A stretch of DNA of 63,548 nt, the filler included, from Octopus bimaculoides (Eukaryota): NCBI RefSeq assembly GCF_001194135.2. It is 6 parts of 6 records of this genome, joined end to end, with 100 filler letters (N's around TTAATTAATTAA, not from the genome) between each part and the next. Parts side by side here need not be neighbours in the genome. Positions count along the whole stretch, not along the records: positions 19,128 to 32,359 come from NC_068990.1; positions 32,460 to 38,936 come from NC_068996.1; positions 39,037 to 58,630 come from NC_068982.1; 3 more parts are not named here. One strand, 5' to 3'. Positions within the stretch are counted from its first letter, which is position 1; each line of letters starts with the position of its first letter. The position numbers and the translations under genes were made by a program. The notes beneath the pieces are model-generated. The model did no database searches. It saw nothing but the letters and a program-made list of their open reading frames with translations, and had not been told where the DNA came from. Below are positions 25,713 to 39,074 of this stretch, piece after piece.

Positions 25713-27488
25713 GATTTTAATTTGCCATTCCTGTGTGATGGTTCTTGAACATTAAAGCTGCTCTTAATTTTCAAGCTCTCATAAGTTATCCTTCTAGGTA
25801 TAGAAAATACCACTTTAGAATGCACTTTCACCATGGGACAATTTTAGCTGAATCTTATGAAACAGAAGAATTATTCACTTCCCTCACTCTGTACAGCAGT
25901 AACTTTTCCACTTACATGCATTAACTTTACAGCTAGGAGTTACCTATTTATTGATTATTAATAGCAATTTTTGTTTCTTTTTGTACCTCACATAGAATAC
26001 TGGTATCAGGCTACAATTACTAAGTCTTTAATTGACTAATTCCTTATCAGTTTGAATTTATAATGCTTTAAAAGGAAAATTGGGCAAAGTATTTAAAAAT
26101 ACAGACCCCCATATTTTAAATATGTTAAGACTGAGAAGGAACTTAAAATTCCAGGATGAATTTATTACAACTGGTTGTGATCCCCTGCCTCTATCTTTTG
26201 CCAGATTTTCAAAAATTTCTGCTATTGCTCTGTGCCTCAAATTCTTTTTTATTTGAGGTTTAATTTTGGTTTATTTTAGAGAACTTTACTAGCGTGAAAT
26301 ATATAAACTGATGATCAATGTTTGTTTTAGTTCAGTTGTGGAATTTTCTGGAGTATATACATATTATTTATATATGTGTGTTGTTATTCACCCTGTTGGC
26401 CTCTGTATTGGTTGTTAGCTGTGATGTTAATCAGTAGCTTTTTAATGTTTTAAGCATTAAATATTCTTTCACTCACTTAAATTATTTATCATACAGATAT
26501 CTCAAAATTGTTTAATTCTTAAACAATTTGTTTACCCTGCAACAAATGTACATTACTGTGTATTTACTTGTTTTTCCTTTTTCGTTTCGTTTCCCTTTTT
26601 TTCTTTTTCTTTTTTTTTTTTTTTTCTTACAAGTTATCATGAGACATTACTTTCACTGAGGTTGTCCAGAGTTGTTCATGTACTTATTGGAAATGAAAAA
26701 GTGATTAGTCATTCACTGCATCTTTGATCTTATTTAAGTTTCTTACATGTCCAGTCATTAAATATACTTTTGATAACTTAACATAATCTATGGCACTGAT
26801 GGAGTCTCAGGATTAATTACTTTATGACTGGCATACTTTGTCAAAAGTTAATTCCATTGTCATGGTTTAACCATCCTAATATCTCAGACAGCCCTATACT
26901 ACAGGATTCATATTTAAATTAAAATATCTATCGAAATATCATTGCAACATGAATAGTATTGTGAAATTTTAGTTGATCAGGATCAATATAATATATACCA
27001 GTATATAAAGCAGTAGATATTTTGCTGAGTACCTCCAAAATGTTGATAATATTGAAAATTAGTAGTAAGTCATAGCCTACTTGTTAGAAATACCTTCAGG
27101 AAAGGGTTAAACAAAGATCTACCTTCTAAGATGTTGATGATGGAAGTATCGCTGTTTTTCACTAGCTTATCAGTTCACGAACTTTGAGTGTCATATTTAA
27201 TGTTTGAAAGCATTTAAAAATTTTTTTTAATGAAATGTGAGACATAACTGGTAACAGTTTGCAAGATAGTCAGTCCATTCTAAAAAAGCAGCAGCATCAT
27301 TCTATATTTTTTATAGGTTTTGGAATATTGCCTGTTATCTGCAGTTATTTATTTGAAATTGTATTTATGCTACAGATAAAACTGTGATGACTATTGCTGA
27401 TTTCTAAGTCAACCAGTTGTGATATTCATTACTTTACAACCTAAGCACTCCTACCAAATTATATAATTACACTTTTATCGTCTAGTTT

Positions 27489-27520
<32 letters not shown>

Positions 27521-29931
27521 GTAAAGCAAATTGGTCTCTTCTCTTATATAAATTAGTTCTTTACAAATAAGACTAAATAACATTTTATTTTAATGTAATA
27601 GTTATTGTAGCAGTTTTTTGTTTTTTTTAATAATGAAAAACAAGCTTCAAACTCGTTTTATAATTAAAGTTGCTGGGAAATATTTCCTCACTGAAAGTGT
27701 ATTTTAAAAATAGCCAATAACTGAAATCCTCACCTTCTTTATCAAAGATGAGAGCATTTCTATTATTAGCCTCAACAGAACTGCTCAGAATTCTTGAAAA
27801 ACTGTCTTCAGATTTAAGGAGGTCATTTTTGAATTTAGTTACTTGATAACTTTCGTTTCTGTTCATTTACTAAAGCACATAAGTTTTCATTTAGGAATTT
27901 GTTTGCTAACATTTTAAATTGGTGACAGTCACCTTTTTAATTATCTTTTTAATTTGTTCTCATTTAATCCTTTCATATTGAGATTACTCTGTCAAATATA
28001 ATGCTTATTTATTCACATTGCTTTCAGTTAATCATTCATTACCTCATAGTTTTGAAATTTTGATGATGTGATTGGTTATTTTGGGAATAACATTGTAGGG
28101 TAAATGTAGGAATCTAGATCTAGCCAGTTTGGACACAAAAACAGGTTGAATATTTTGGCTAAATATATGGCCTGTTTAAATGCTTAAAGGGTTAATGCAG
28201 ATTATGATATATATTTATATATATATATATATACACACACAGATTTCCTTTGTTTTTACTTCTGTATTTTCAGTTTTCTTTGAATATGTTTATGAATATC
28301 AGAATGATGCACATGGTATTTCAGTAAACATATTTGTTAAAAACGTTTACCTACTTTTTACGATAAGTTTCTTTAACTCGTGTAACTTGTATTAGGTTCT
28401 TAAAGGGAATACAATAACCAGCCAATATAAAGTTTTAAAGAACACCATACTTTTTAGATAAGATTTTCTCACAATCTCTCCAGATGTAAAATATCATTAA
28501 TGCATGCGTATATAAAATATCATTAATGCATGCTTATATAAAATAATAATAATAATAATGCTTGTTTATGTAAACACTGTTATTTCTTCCTTTGATGTGT
28601 TTTTTTTTTTTTTTTACATCATTAGAAATAAATTTTATATTGTTTTGAATATTATTTATCTGATAAATTTGAATACTAAAATTATGTCACTGTTGTATCT
28701 GTGATGTTATCAGTGGTAATGTTAACTTTTATATAGGTTGTGTAATAAATCCTGGTTTCTTTTCAAGAAGAATTAGAATAAATGAAAGACTCGTTAATTG
28801 ATGTAAATGCTTCGGTCACTATTTAACCACACAAGTGCATGTGTGTATGTTTCTTGGTGTGAATACATCACTAATTAACTACCATTATAACTAATTATGG
28901 AATTTATATTTATCTGTATCAATTAGGCATTAGTAAACAAAAATGAAAGAGAAGAAAAAGTATCTTAATTCTGCCATGGACAACTCAACATTTATTTATT
29001 AATAGTGTCTTGTTATGTGTTTTGTTTATTTGTTGAAACCTCAATTATTAAAAGTTTCTCTTTTCTGGCATGCTGGAGCATTTTGTAGTTTATTTTATAT
29101 TTATATATGAATGAGCTATTGAAATGGAAACACAATTAATCAACTTCGGCACTCCTTTTGTTTCTATTATTTTTAATGTGCCAAATTGATACCTTTTCAC
29201 AAGAATAATTTGAGAGTCAAGAAAATGCTTCATTGAAACTACAAAGTTTCTCTTTCATTTTGTCCTTTACCCTCTACAAACTCTTCAAATCACATCAATT
29301 TGTCAAAATCTGTGGAGACTTGTTAGTCTTCAAACAATTTATTTAACAAAATCTGTAAACGGTTAATTAAAATTTACTTCTGAAGCCCCTCCCCCTTCCA
29401 TATTTATATCAGTCCTGAAATATATTTAACAAAAGACAAAAAAACAAATTGTTTCCCTGTTTGCTCCCTATATCTTAATTGTTCTGTCAGCAGCTTGATA
29501 TTTGTCTCTTCTGTCATTTGCTCATTATAACTTTTCTTATTGGCAGTTTCAAATTTGCTAATTCAGCAAAGAAAAATAACAAAAATCGAAATTTTTTTAA
29601 AATATGTGATATTAGAACTGGATGTAGTGTATATCCTCATATTTTAATAGTAATAATGTGTAATATGGAACGTATTTGTCTTCAGATATATTTTTGTGTG
29701 GACTGTATTACTTATTTTATTATTATTTTGTCTTTACAAACATCTGACTGTTCAGGCAGGTAAAAAGTGCTTTACAGAATTGCAGTTTAATCTTCAGTTC
29801 TTGGATATAATTTCATTGAAAAATTAACTCTTCATACATGTCAGGTGTCTTTTTTTTTTTCCGTCTTTATCATCCAATCAGTTACTTCTTAAACAATGCT
29901 ATTTTACGTGAGAATGCTATTGTATATGTAT

Positions 29932-29990
<59 letters not shown>

Positions 29991-31962
29991 GATGTGAACT
30001 CATTGCTTGTTGAACACTGTAAAAAAAGCTGGTGTATAGCCAAATAGAAAGTGTAATCAAATAAAAGGATGGAAACATTGAAAGAAGCCTGCCCTGCACA
30101 TTACCATTGTGATCTCCATGTAAAGGAAGCATTGACAACAAAGAAGAAATTGTGTCTATATTATATAATGTGTTCATAATTGTGAACATCCACATTGTTC
30201 AGAGCTTCATATATTCATTTGTACTACTTTAGAATTATAATTATGCTGATGGCAACATTGGCTAAGGAAAATATATTTTATAGCAAAATTATATTTGGGT
30301 GTCTAGTAATTATTTTTTGTATGTCATCATGGATATAGTTTTTTATGTGGAACATATTATTGTAACATGTATTTACAATTTAATTATTATTAAAATAAGC
30401 TAATAGTTATGTTGGATATTATCAAAATTAGATACATTTGTAAATATCATGAATTTTTAGAAATTTAATAAAGATATAATGATTTCATGATTAACAAAAA
30501 AGTTACCTTTTTATATTTCTGCACATATCTCTAGCAAATGGTTATTCTATTTGCAAGTTAAATGGTCAAATTAAAATGGAAAAGTATAAAAATCCCCAAC
30601 GCCTTATTTCGTTATAACTGATGGGTGATGTAATAGTAATTTAAAACAGTAAATCTAATTGTAATTTGAAACTTTAAATGTGAAATCAAATTTACATTTT
30701 GTTTCATGTGTTTTCAGCCACATATAGAGGTGTGTGTGTGAGTAATTGTATGTATGAGTTATGGAATGGAAAAAAAATAGTTAGAAATAACAAAAAAAAA
30801 AAAAAAACCTAATGAGGTTAAACAAATCATCTGAGATTGTGCAGAACTTTTCCATAGTCTTTATATGTTGTTGCTTCAATGATTCCTTTGTTCTTTTATT
30901 GGACACTGGCAGATTATTCTATGGAATTCCTTACATAGTTACAAATATCCCGAGCCCGAAGCTTTTTGGTGCACTAATAGTAAGGTGCAGATATTGCTTA
31001 CTAAGCTTAAACAATTCCCAATAGAACTCTTTAGAAAATGTTGAAGAAATTCTAATATTGACCTAATAAAAGGTCATTTACTATTTTTCTCTAGTTCATC
31101 ACTTTTAGGAAACAAACATCCTATTTTTGGTGTCTCCTTTCATTTTGCTTTGCTTCTTAGCATACTAGCAAGAAAAGAAAGAAAAGAGGCCATGTTTAGT
31201 AAAAGTTATACAGGAACTATCAAATACTAAGCCAATCTCTTCCAAAAAGCTGAAAGCTCAAAATGAAATTTAAAGAGAGAAAAAACAAAATGTGTGAGAG
31301 AGAGAGAGCGAAATAATTCATTTAAAAAGTTGAACAAAATTATTTTCTGCCACCCGTTTGATAATAAACTCTCCAGCAGTGAGCATTTTTCACACACTTG
31401 AATCACGCATACAAACACACACACACACACACACATATATAATAATAAAGAAAACACTTGTACTTTATAATCCATAAATATATACTCAGCTAACAACAGA
31501 GCTGTTTCAAATGTGAAAAATATTTTGTTGGATACTATGAATTTATAAAAGGACAATTTGCATTTTATTGTGTATTACTGTGAGAATGGTGAAATTCCGT
31601 GAGAATTGTGCAAGTCAAGCAAGCATCTCGATAAATTTATTTCAACGTATTAATTTCAGATAATTTTGTTTCATTATTTGTTTCTTTGTGTATTTTCTTA
31701 ATGCTCTACTTTAATTTTAGAATTGTATTGGTTTCCTTGGTAGAAAAGAAAACATTTTAGTGTCTGTATCGTACAATCATTGATATTTGTAACACACACA
31801 TACATATATGTGTATACAAACACAAACATATATATATTTATATGTACACGTATATATATATATATTTATATATATAAATACACATATATGTATATATATG
31901 TACACATGGAGATATATATATATATATACACATATTTTAGGTTTCGAGGTGATGTACAGGTA

Positions 31963-32208
31963 TTATATATTACAAAAAATAAGGTACTCACAGATTTGGA
32001 TGGTTGTACGTATTAATACGTAACAGGTTTTTATAAATCATATATTAGCGCTTTCATCTACTCTAATAGATTCTTCAGATTTGAAGAATCTATTAGAGTA
32101 GACGAAAGCGTTAAAATATGATATATAAAAAATTGTGACATATTAATAAAAACTTGTAAATGTACAACCATCCCGACCTCTGAGTACCTTATTTTTTCTA
32201 ATGTATAC
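31963..32208. repeat. Fold-back palindrome, ~245 bp
   Basis: Perfect 21-bp stem TCTACTCTAATAGATTCTTCA/TGAAGAATCTATTAGAGTAGA around a 4-nt loop (32078-32081). Imperfect arms extend ~120 bp each side into TA-rich flanks. Confidence 0.9.
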
Positions 32209-32910
32209 ACATATTTATGTATCTATATACATATATATACATATATTTATCTATACACTACAAATGTATATATATATATATGTCCATATGTATATACATA
32301 TATGTAAACATATGTATGTATATACATGTATATGCCCATATATATGTATATACATATATNNNNNNNNNNNNNNNNNNNNNNNNNNNNNNNNNNNNNNNNN
32401 NNNTTAATTAATTAANNNNNNNNNNNNNNNNNNNNNNNNNNNNNNNNNNNNNNNNNNNNAGTGAGCGTCAGAAAGTCTGTTAAACAGACCTGAATCAGGA
32501 AAGCTGCACGTGACAGAACGTTCCTCGGCATTCAAAACTCTGCCCTTTATGGCGTCAACTGGGCGGGGTGAAATGTGACTTGACCCGTCATTCTTTTTGT
32601 CGGGGAGTGATGCAGAGAGAAGAGAACAGCTGGTTGCTTTCTTCAACGACATCTTTTCAGAAATGTTATGTGTAAAATGTGAAGATGGAAATGTTCAAAC
32701 GAAAAATTCGCCCCTAAATGGGGGAAATCTCGCCTAACCGACTAGCTCCGCAAGAACCTAGTCGGCTTGGCTACAACAATATATAAAAATCAAAACAGAT
32801 TTCAAAAGATTTCCGGGTAAAAACGGCAACAACTTACGGAGCTTCGGGAGACACGTCCATCCGCTTGAAAGGCGAATAATGATAATAATAATAATAATAA
32901 TAATAATAAT

Positions 32911-34835
32911 AGCCACAGAAACAAATGCTAATATCACTGAGCTAAATGGCATAATATATGCAGCAGCCACTGCAGCCACAAAAGAAGCTGGATACTCCCT
33001 CAAACCCATCCAAACAGGAGTTCCACCAGCCAAACAAACCCTGTGGATAAATAATTTTTTTTTTAAATTTTTAAAAAGTGAAAAGATCTGTCGATTCTTA
33101 ACGAAATTAGTAGACAATCAACACAACCAAGTAACAAGAAGAAAACAAAAATACTGTGCAAATACAACATTACAGAAAAAGATTAACCTGGGGTAAAAGA
33201 AAAGCTAAAGCAAGATATCCTTGCCAAAGCACAAAGAATCCGCCGGTATGAGAAACGCCTACATTTCTGTGAACAAAACAAACAAAAATTCTACCAATGC
33301 AAAAAACAGAGCTCAATGCAAAAAACAAGATAATAGGTATTAACACTTTAGCCGTCCCAGTAATAAGTTACAGCTACAATATCCTTAACTGGACACTAAA
33401 TGAACTAAGCAAAATAGACAGAAAAACAAGAAAAATAATGGCAGGATCTAGGATGCACCACCCAAAATCTGACATAGAAAGGCTATATATACAATGTATA
33501 GAAGGTGGTAGAGGCCTTATACAGCTGGAAAACTGTTATAAAATAACCGCCACAGGATTGCAAAAATACCTACTTTAGAAGCAAGGAAAACTAATACAAA
33601 TAGCCACAAAACACAAGCAAAACAAAAAACTGTTTTCAGTATTTAAGGAAGCTGACGAATACAAACAAGAAATCATACTACCTAACAAAGAAGAAGAAGA
33701 AGAAGAAGAAGAAGAAGAAGAAGAAGAAGAAGAAGNNNNNNNNNNNNNNNNNNNNNNNNNNNNNNNNNNNNNNNNNNNNNNNNNNNNNNNNNNNNNNNNN
33801 NNNNNNNNNNNNNNNNNNNNNNNNNNNNNNNNNNNNNNNNNNNNNNNNNNNNNNNNNNNNNNNNNNNNNNNNNNNNNNNNNNNNNNNNNNNNNNNNNNNN
33901 NNNNNNNNNNNNNNNNNNNNNNNNNNNNNNNNNNNNNNNNNNNNNNNNNNNNNNNNNNNNNNNNNNNNNNNNNNNNNNNNNNNNNNNNNNNNNNNNNNNN
34001 NNNNNNNNNNNNNNNNNNNNNNNNNNNNNNNNNNNNNNNNNNNNNNNNNNNNNNNNNNNNNNNNNNNNNNNNNNNNNNNNNNNNNNNNNNNNNNNNNNNN
34101 NNNNNNNNNNNNNNNNNNNNNNNNNNNNNNNNNNNNNNNNNNNNNNNNNNNNNNNNNNNNNNNNNNNNNNNNNNNNNNNNNNNNNNNNNNNNNNNNNNNN
34201 NNNNNNNNNNNNNNNNNNNNNNNNNNNNNNNNNNNNNNNNNNNNNNNNNNNNNNNNNNNNNNNNNNNNNNNNNNNNNNNNNNNNNNNNNNNNNNNNNNNN
34301 NNNNNNNNNNNNNNNNNNNNNNNNNNNNNNNNNNNNNNNNNNNNNNNNNNNNNNNNNNNNNNNNNNNNNNNNNNNNNNNNNNNNNNNNNNNNNNNNNNNN
34401 NNNNNNNNNNNNNNNNNNNNNNNNNNNNNNNNNNNNNNNNNNNNNNNNNNNNNNNNNNNNNNNNNNNNNNNNNNNNNNNNNNNNNNNNNNNNNNNNNNNN
34501 NNNNNNNNNNNNNNNNNNNNNNNNNNNNNNNNNNNNNNCCTGGAAATAGAGGTAACTCGAATGTGAAATCTAAAAACAGAAACAATTCCTATCATAATTG
34601 GCGCATTAGGTATGATAAAAAAAATATTCAGACAAATACATAACAAAAACACCAGGACTTACAAATATATATAACATACAGAAAACTGCACTACTGGGTA
34701 CTGCACACATCCTACGCAAAACACTTTCAATACAGTAACCATAAGAGCATCACAGCAAACCATAGCACATACCCAAGGCACACAGAGCTGCGCTCGATAG
34801 TGAAGTGAAAGCCCGCTATAAAAATAAAACTACTG
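32911..34835 (+). mobile_element. R4/Dong-like (RLE-type) non-LTR retrotransposon, internally deleted, partly in an N gap
   Basis: An N-terminal ORF piece (ITELNGIIYAAAT...RRYEKR) is joined directly to the post-RT region (TELNAKNKIIGINTLAVPVISYS...RKTRKIM...MHHPKSDIERLY). After the gap come the C-terminus LEIEVTRM*NLKTETIPIIIGALG...KTALLGTAHILRK*, a short 3'UTR and (AAT)n. (AAT)n also flanks the 5' side (32875-32910). Treating both sides of the gap as one element is inference. Confidence 0.8.
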
Positions 34836-34850
34836 AATAATAATAATAAA

Positions 34851-36180
34851 GTACATGTATTTACCATAGAAATAAACAAGTGCATGGATTAACCAAAGAA
34901 ATAAACATGACATTTGGCTTAGAAAAATGTGCCAAAGCAGCTTTGAAAAGAGGAAAACTAGATAAGAGTAACAACAACACACTAGATAAAGTAAATAAAG
35001 TAAGAGAATTATACCAAGGCCAGACATACAAATACTTAGGAATCAATGAACTAGATACGATACAACACACACAAATGAAAGAGAAGATAAGAAAAGAATA
35101 CTATAGACGAGTTAGATTAATACTGAAAACAGAGCTCAATGCAAAAAACAAGATAATAGGTATTAACACTTTAGCCGTTCCAGTTATAAGTTACAGCTAT
35201 ATTATTCTTAACTAGACTCTAAATGAACTAATCAAAATAGACAGGAAAACAAGAAAAATAATGACAGAATTTAGGATGCACCACACAAAATCTGTTGTTA
35301 TATAGGAAGGTTATATATACAACATATTGGGTGCTAGAAAACTATTGTAAAATAACCACCACAGGATTACAGAAATTCCTACTTCAGAAGCAAGGTAAAC
35401 TGATACAAATAGCCACAAAACACAAGCAAAACAAAAAGCTATTTTCTGTCTTTAAGGAAACTGAAAAATACAAAAAAGAAGTCATAGTACCTGACAACTA
35501 TGAAGAGAAAGAAGAAACAACAAAAGCTGTAAAAGAACTGAAATCTAAAGTAAAACAGATCATGATAAAACGACGGTAAGAAAAAACCTCTCATGGCAAA
35601 TATTAGGTTAAGCTAAACAAAAGAAGTAGACAAAGAAAAATCCCAAAAATGGTTGAGAAGCTCAGGACTCAAAGCAGAGACTGAAGAATTTTTAATTGCA
35701 GCACAAGATCAAAGCCATCCCACCTGAAATTACCAAAAACATGCAACGAAAAGAAATACAAGTAATATGTGGCGATGGACAAGAAACAATAAATCATATT
35801 ATCTCTGGCTGCCCAGTCCTGGCTAAAAAGGAATATATTCACAGACACGACAGAGCTGGGACCTATATACACAGGAAGCAATGCCATCACTATGAAATGA
35901 CAACAGAAAAAAGATGATATAGGCACACCACAGAAAATGTCACAGAAAATGAGAAAACAACCATACCCTGGAATATGCCAATACACACGGACAGAGAAAT
36001 TAAGGTCAATAGGTTGGATATAGTTATCAGAGATCAGCAAGAAAAAAGATGCATTCTAATCGATATATCAATACCAACAGATGACAACGTTTCTCTAAAA
36101 AAAAAACCGGAAAAACTTCCAAAATACAAAGATCTGAAATTCCTTTCATAGTAGGTGCAATAGGTATGATAAAAAATATC
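34851..36180 (+). mobile_element. R4/Dong-like (RLE-type) non-LTR retrotransposon, 5'-truncated second copy
   Basis: End of RT and thumb (FGLEKCAK...YKYLGINE...RKEYYRRVRLILKTELNAKNK), CCHC knuckle (ICGDGQETINHIISGC), and restriction-like endonuclease (NRLDIVIRD...CILIDISIP...KYKDL). Several stops and frameshifts. Confidence 0.88.
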
Positions 36181-36429
36181 AGGAAGGTTTTAAGCACTTG
36201 AAAACTTATACATGTTTAAAGTTTCAGGTTGTAACCCGCTTTCCACATAAATCCTATCAAGAACTTGAGTCAAATCAAATGATAATAATAATTTTTATTA
36301 TTATTCATTTCCTTTATATCTATATATTTTCTCTGACCTGTGAAGGTTCTCATTTTTAATATACACTTTTCCCGATCCATCTTCTCACTAAACAGGCCAT
36401 GCTGGTTTAAAATTTTTTTCTCTTTTCCA

Positions 36430-36590
<161 letters not shown>

Positions 36591-37454
36591 AGTACACAGG
36601 CAGTACTGCTGCTACTGTTATTATTACTTTGGTATTTCTCCTCCCTCTCTCTCTTTCTGACCCTTTTAATTCTCACTTGTTCGCTGACCAGAGGACATCG
36701 TAAACCGGTTTTTCTTTCAAACACTGCTATGTATTTGTATATTAGCTGTTCTCATCTCCGATTTTCTTTTCTTTGTATTCATATAGTTTCTCTGACCTAC
36801 AAATGTTCTGATTTTACTATATTTGATTCTCGTCTCCCAAACACTTTTCCCAACCTGTCTATTGTTCAAACCCGAGCCCCTCCAACTCGCCTCTATCCCC
36901 ACCCCCTCTAGACTAATAAAACAACTTGTACGACTAGTTTCTCCCTAGTCTCAGTACCATCCACATCACAATAGCTGCAGCAGCTAAACCAACAGACTGG
37001 AATATGCTATCCCTCTATGACTACAGAATGTAGCGAAGACTAGAACAGAAACAACGGTAACAGCCCTCTAAAAATAGCAAAAATGACAACAGCAGATCCA
37101 TCGTGACTAAAAAAAAAAAAACACTGCCATAAGATGACCTGAACAAGCCATGTTTATGTGGCGATAGCCATTACTACTTTCATCTTTTATAGAGATTTTC
37201 TAACTAGCTAATTTGCTTGTTGGAAGATCAGACACTGGGTGTCACTTATTTTTTATATATTTCGAGTCGGAGTGAGCTACTACCATCACTAGTGGACGAA
37301 CATCTACCACCATGGATGAGCACAAAGAGCTCGAAACCGGACGGTCTGATGGTGTTCATTCTTCTACCATTTTAACTACAGTCGGTTCCTATAGAACAGC
37401 CATAGTTACTGCTTTCATCTCTTATAGAGATTTTCTAACTAGCTGATTTCGTAT

Positions 37455-37630
37455 CCGGAAAGTTTGCTGCAAACATTTTTGCCGCAGGAAAATTCACCTC
37501 AGGATTTTTGGCTGTAGGAAAATTCGCCGTATTGGAAATTTTACCGTAGGAAAGTTCCCGCATAGGAAACTTTTCTGTAGGAAAGTTCGCCGCATAGGAA
37601 ATTTTGCCGCAAGACAATTTCACCGAAAAA
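37455..37630. repeat. Degenerate ~15-17-bp tandem repeat (GTAGGAAAnTTCGCC)
   Basis: gcaggaaaattcacc, gtaggaaaattcgcc, gtaggaaagttcccg, gtaggaaagttcgcc, ataggaaattttgcc and similar units. Confidence 0.75.
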
Positions 37631-38074
37631 AGGATGAATGTTTCAACCAACCAATCTATTATATTATTATGGCAAAGCTACAGTGGGTGTTACAATAAAG
37701 CAATCTAAAAGATGATAATGTTTTTAAAAAAATTCTGTTTAAATAGTAAGTAATATAATATAACATTTACAAAGAACAAAAAGAAAACAAAAAAAACAGT
37801 TAAAACTAAAGCAGAATTATAAAACACATACACAGACACGCACGCACGTGCACACACACACACACACACACANNNNNNNNNNNNNNNNNNNNNNNNNNNN
37901 NNNNNNNNNNNNNNNNNNNNNNNNNNNNNNNNNNNNNNNNNNNNNNNNNNNNNNNNNNNNNNNNNNNNNNNNGGTTTTGTTTATAACAGAACATTGTTTT
38001 GTTTTTTTATTTTTTGGGGGGTTAGGCTTTGGAGACAATAGAAGATGTATAAGCAGATAGATAGATAGACTGGC

Positions 38075-38116
<42 letters not shown>

Positions 38117-38619
38117 TCAGACAGATAGAGAGATGGATGTGGTCTTTTTAAGGAGTGTCAAAGAAAAAATAAATAAATAAATAAATGAATAAGGGTAAAA
38201 GCTTGTTTACTACTTACTGTATTGTTTTTAGACAGTTTTTAGGGATGGTAAAAGAAGGAAGAAAAGAAAAAAGAAAGACGAGAGAAGAAAAAATAGAGAA
38301 TAATAAATAGAAAATACAAATAAAACAAAAACGTCTTCCGTTTTTTTCTTTATTTTTAGTTCTTTTCTTTTATATTCTTTGTCCTTTCTTTTAACATACA
38401 CTTTGAGTCCTATTTAGAATATATTCCTGTCATACATTCATTTATTTATTTATCTTTGGTAAGGTGTAGTTCTGCATGAGAGTATAGTAGTATAATATTT
38501 GTAAATTTGAAAAATCAAATTAGTAAAATCAATTAGTAAAAATAACTATATATATCATATCACACATATATACATATATATACATACAAAACGTATTCCT
38601 TGTTTTTCTTTTTTCTCTT

Positions 38620-38936
38620 TCAAACATTTAACTTCGGAGAAAATTTTTTTTATGAAGAGTAGTTCCATTGCCTTTCGGTATTGTGGATCGTCCCGTGTAC
38701 ATTTATAAAAGGGAAAGATTTTGAACTTTCCGTCTCTGCATATTTCCAGATGTTTACTCAATGGAATCATTCTTAGTTTTTCTTGTCGGATATGTTGCCT
38801 GTGAATTCTTGCACGTTGGCAGAGTGAGTTATTCGTTTCGCCAATGTAATTTTCTTTACAGTTTGGACAGGTGATGCAGTATATGAGATTTTGTGTTTTG
38901 CAGTTCATATCTGCATTTATTTTAAAAATAGATCCG
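38620..38936 (-). mobile_element. Penelope-like element, GIY-YIG endonuclease fragment
   Basis: FKINADMNCKTQNLIYCITCPNCKENYIGETNNSLCQRARIHRQHI...ELLFIKK carries the LIY-x-C-x2-C-x3-YIG GIY-YIG signature typical of PLEs. It has a frameshift near the end and is cut by a gap. Confidence 0.82.
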
Positions 38937-39036
38937 NNNNNNNNNNNNNNNNNNNNNNNNNNNNNNNNNNNNNNNNNNNNTTAATTAATTAANNNNNNNN
39001 NNNNNNNNNNNNNNNNNNNNNNNNNNNNNNNNNNNN

Positions 39037-39072
<36 letters not shown>

Positions 39073-39074
<2 letters not shown>

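Noticed and set aside
27627-27869. 79-aa minus-strand ORF with a nearby ctttag acceptor and AAG/gtgagg donor
   Set aside because: The acceptor places a TAA in frame, there is no recognisable homology, and the regional skew favours + strand transcription.
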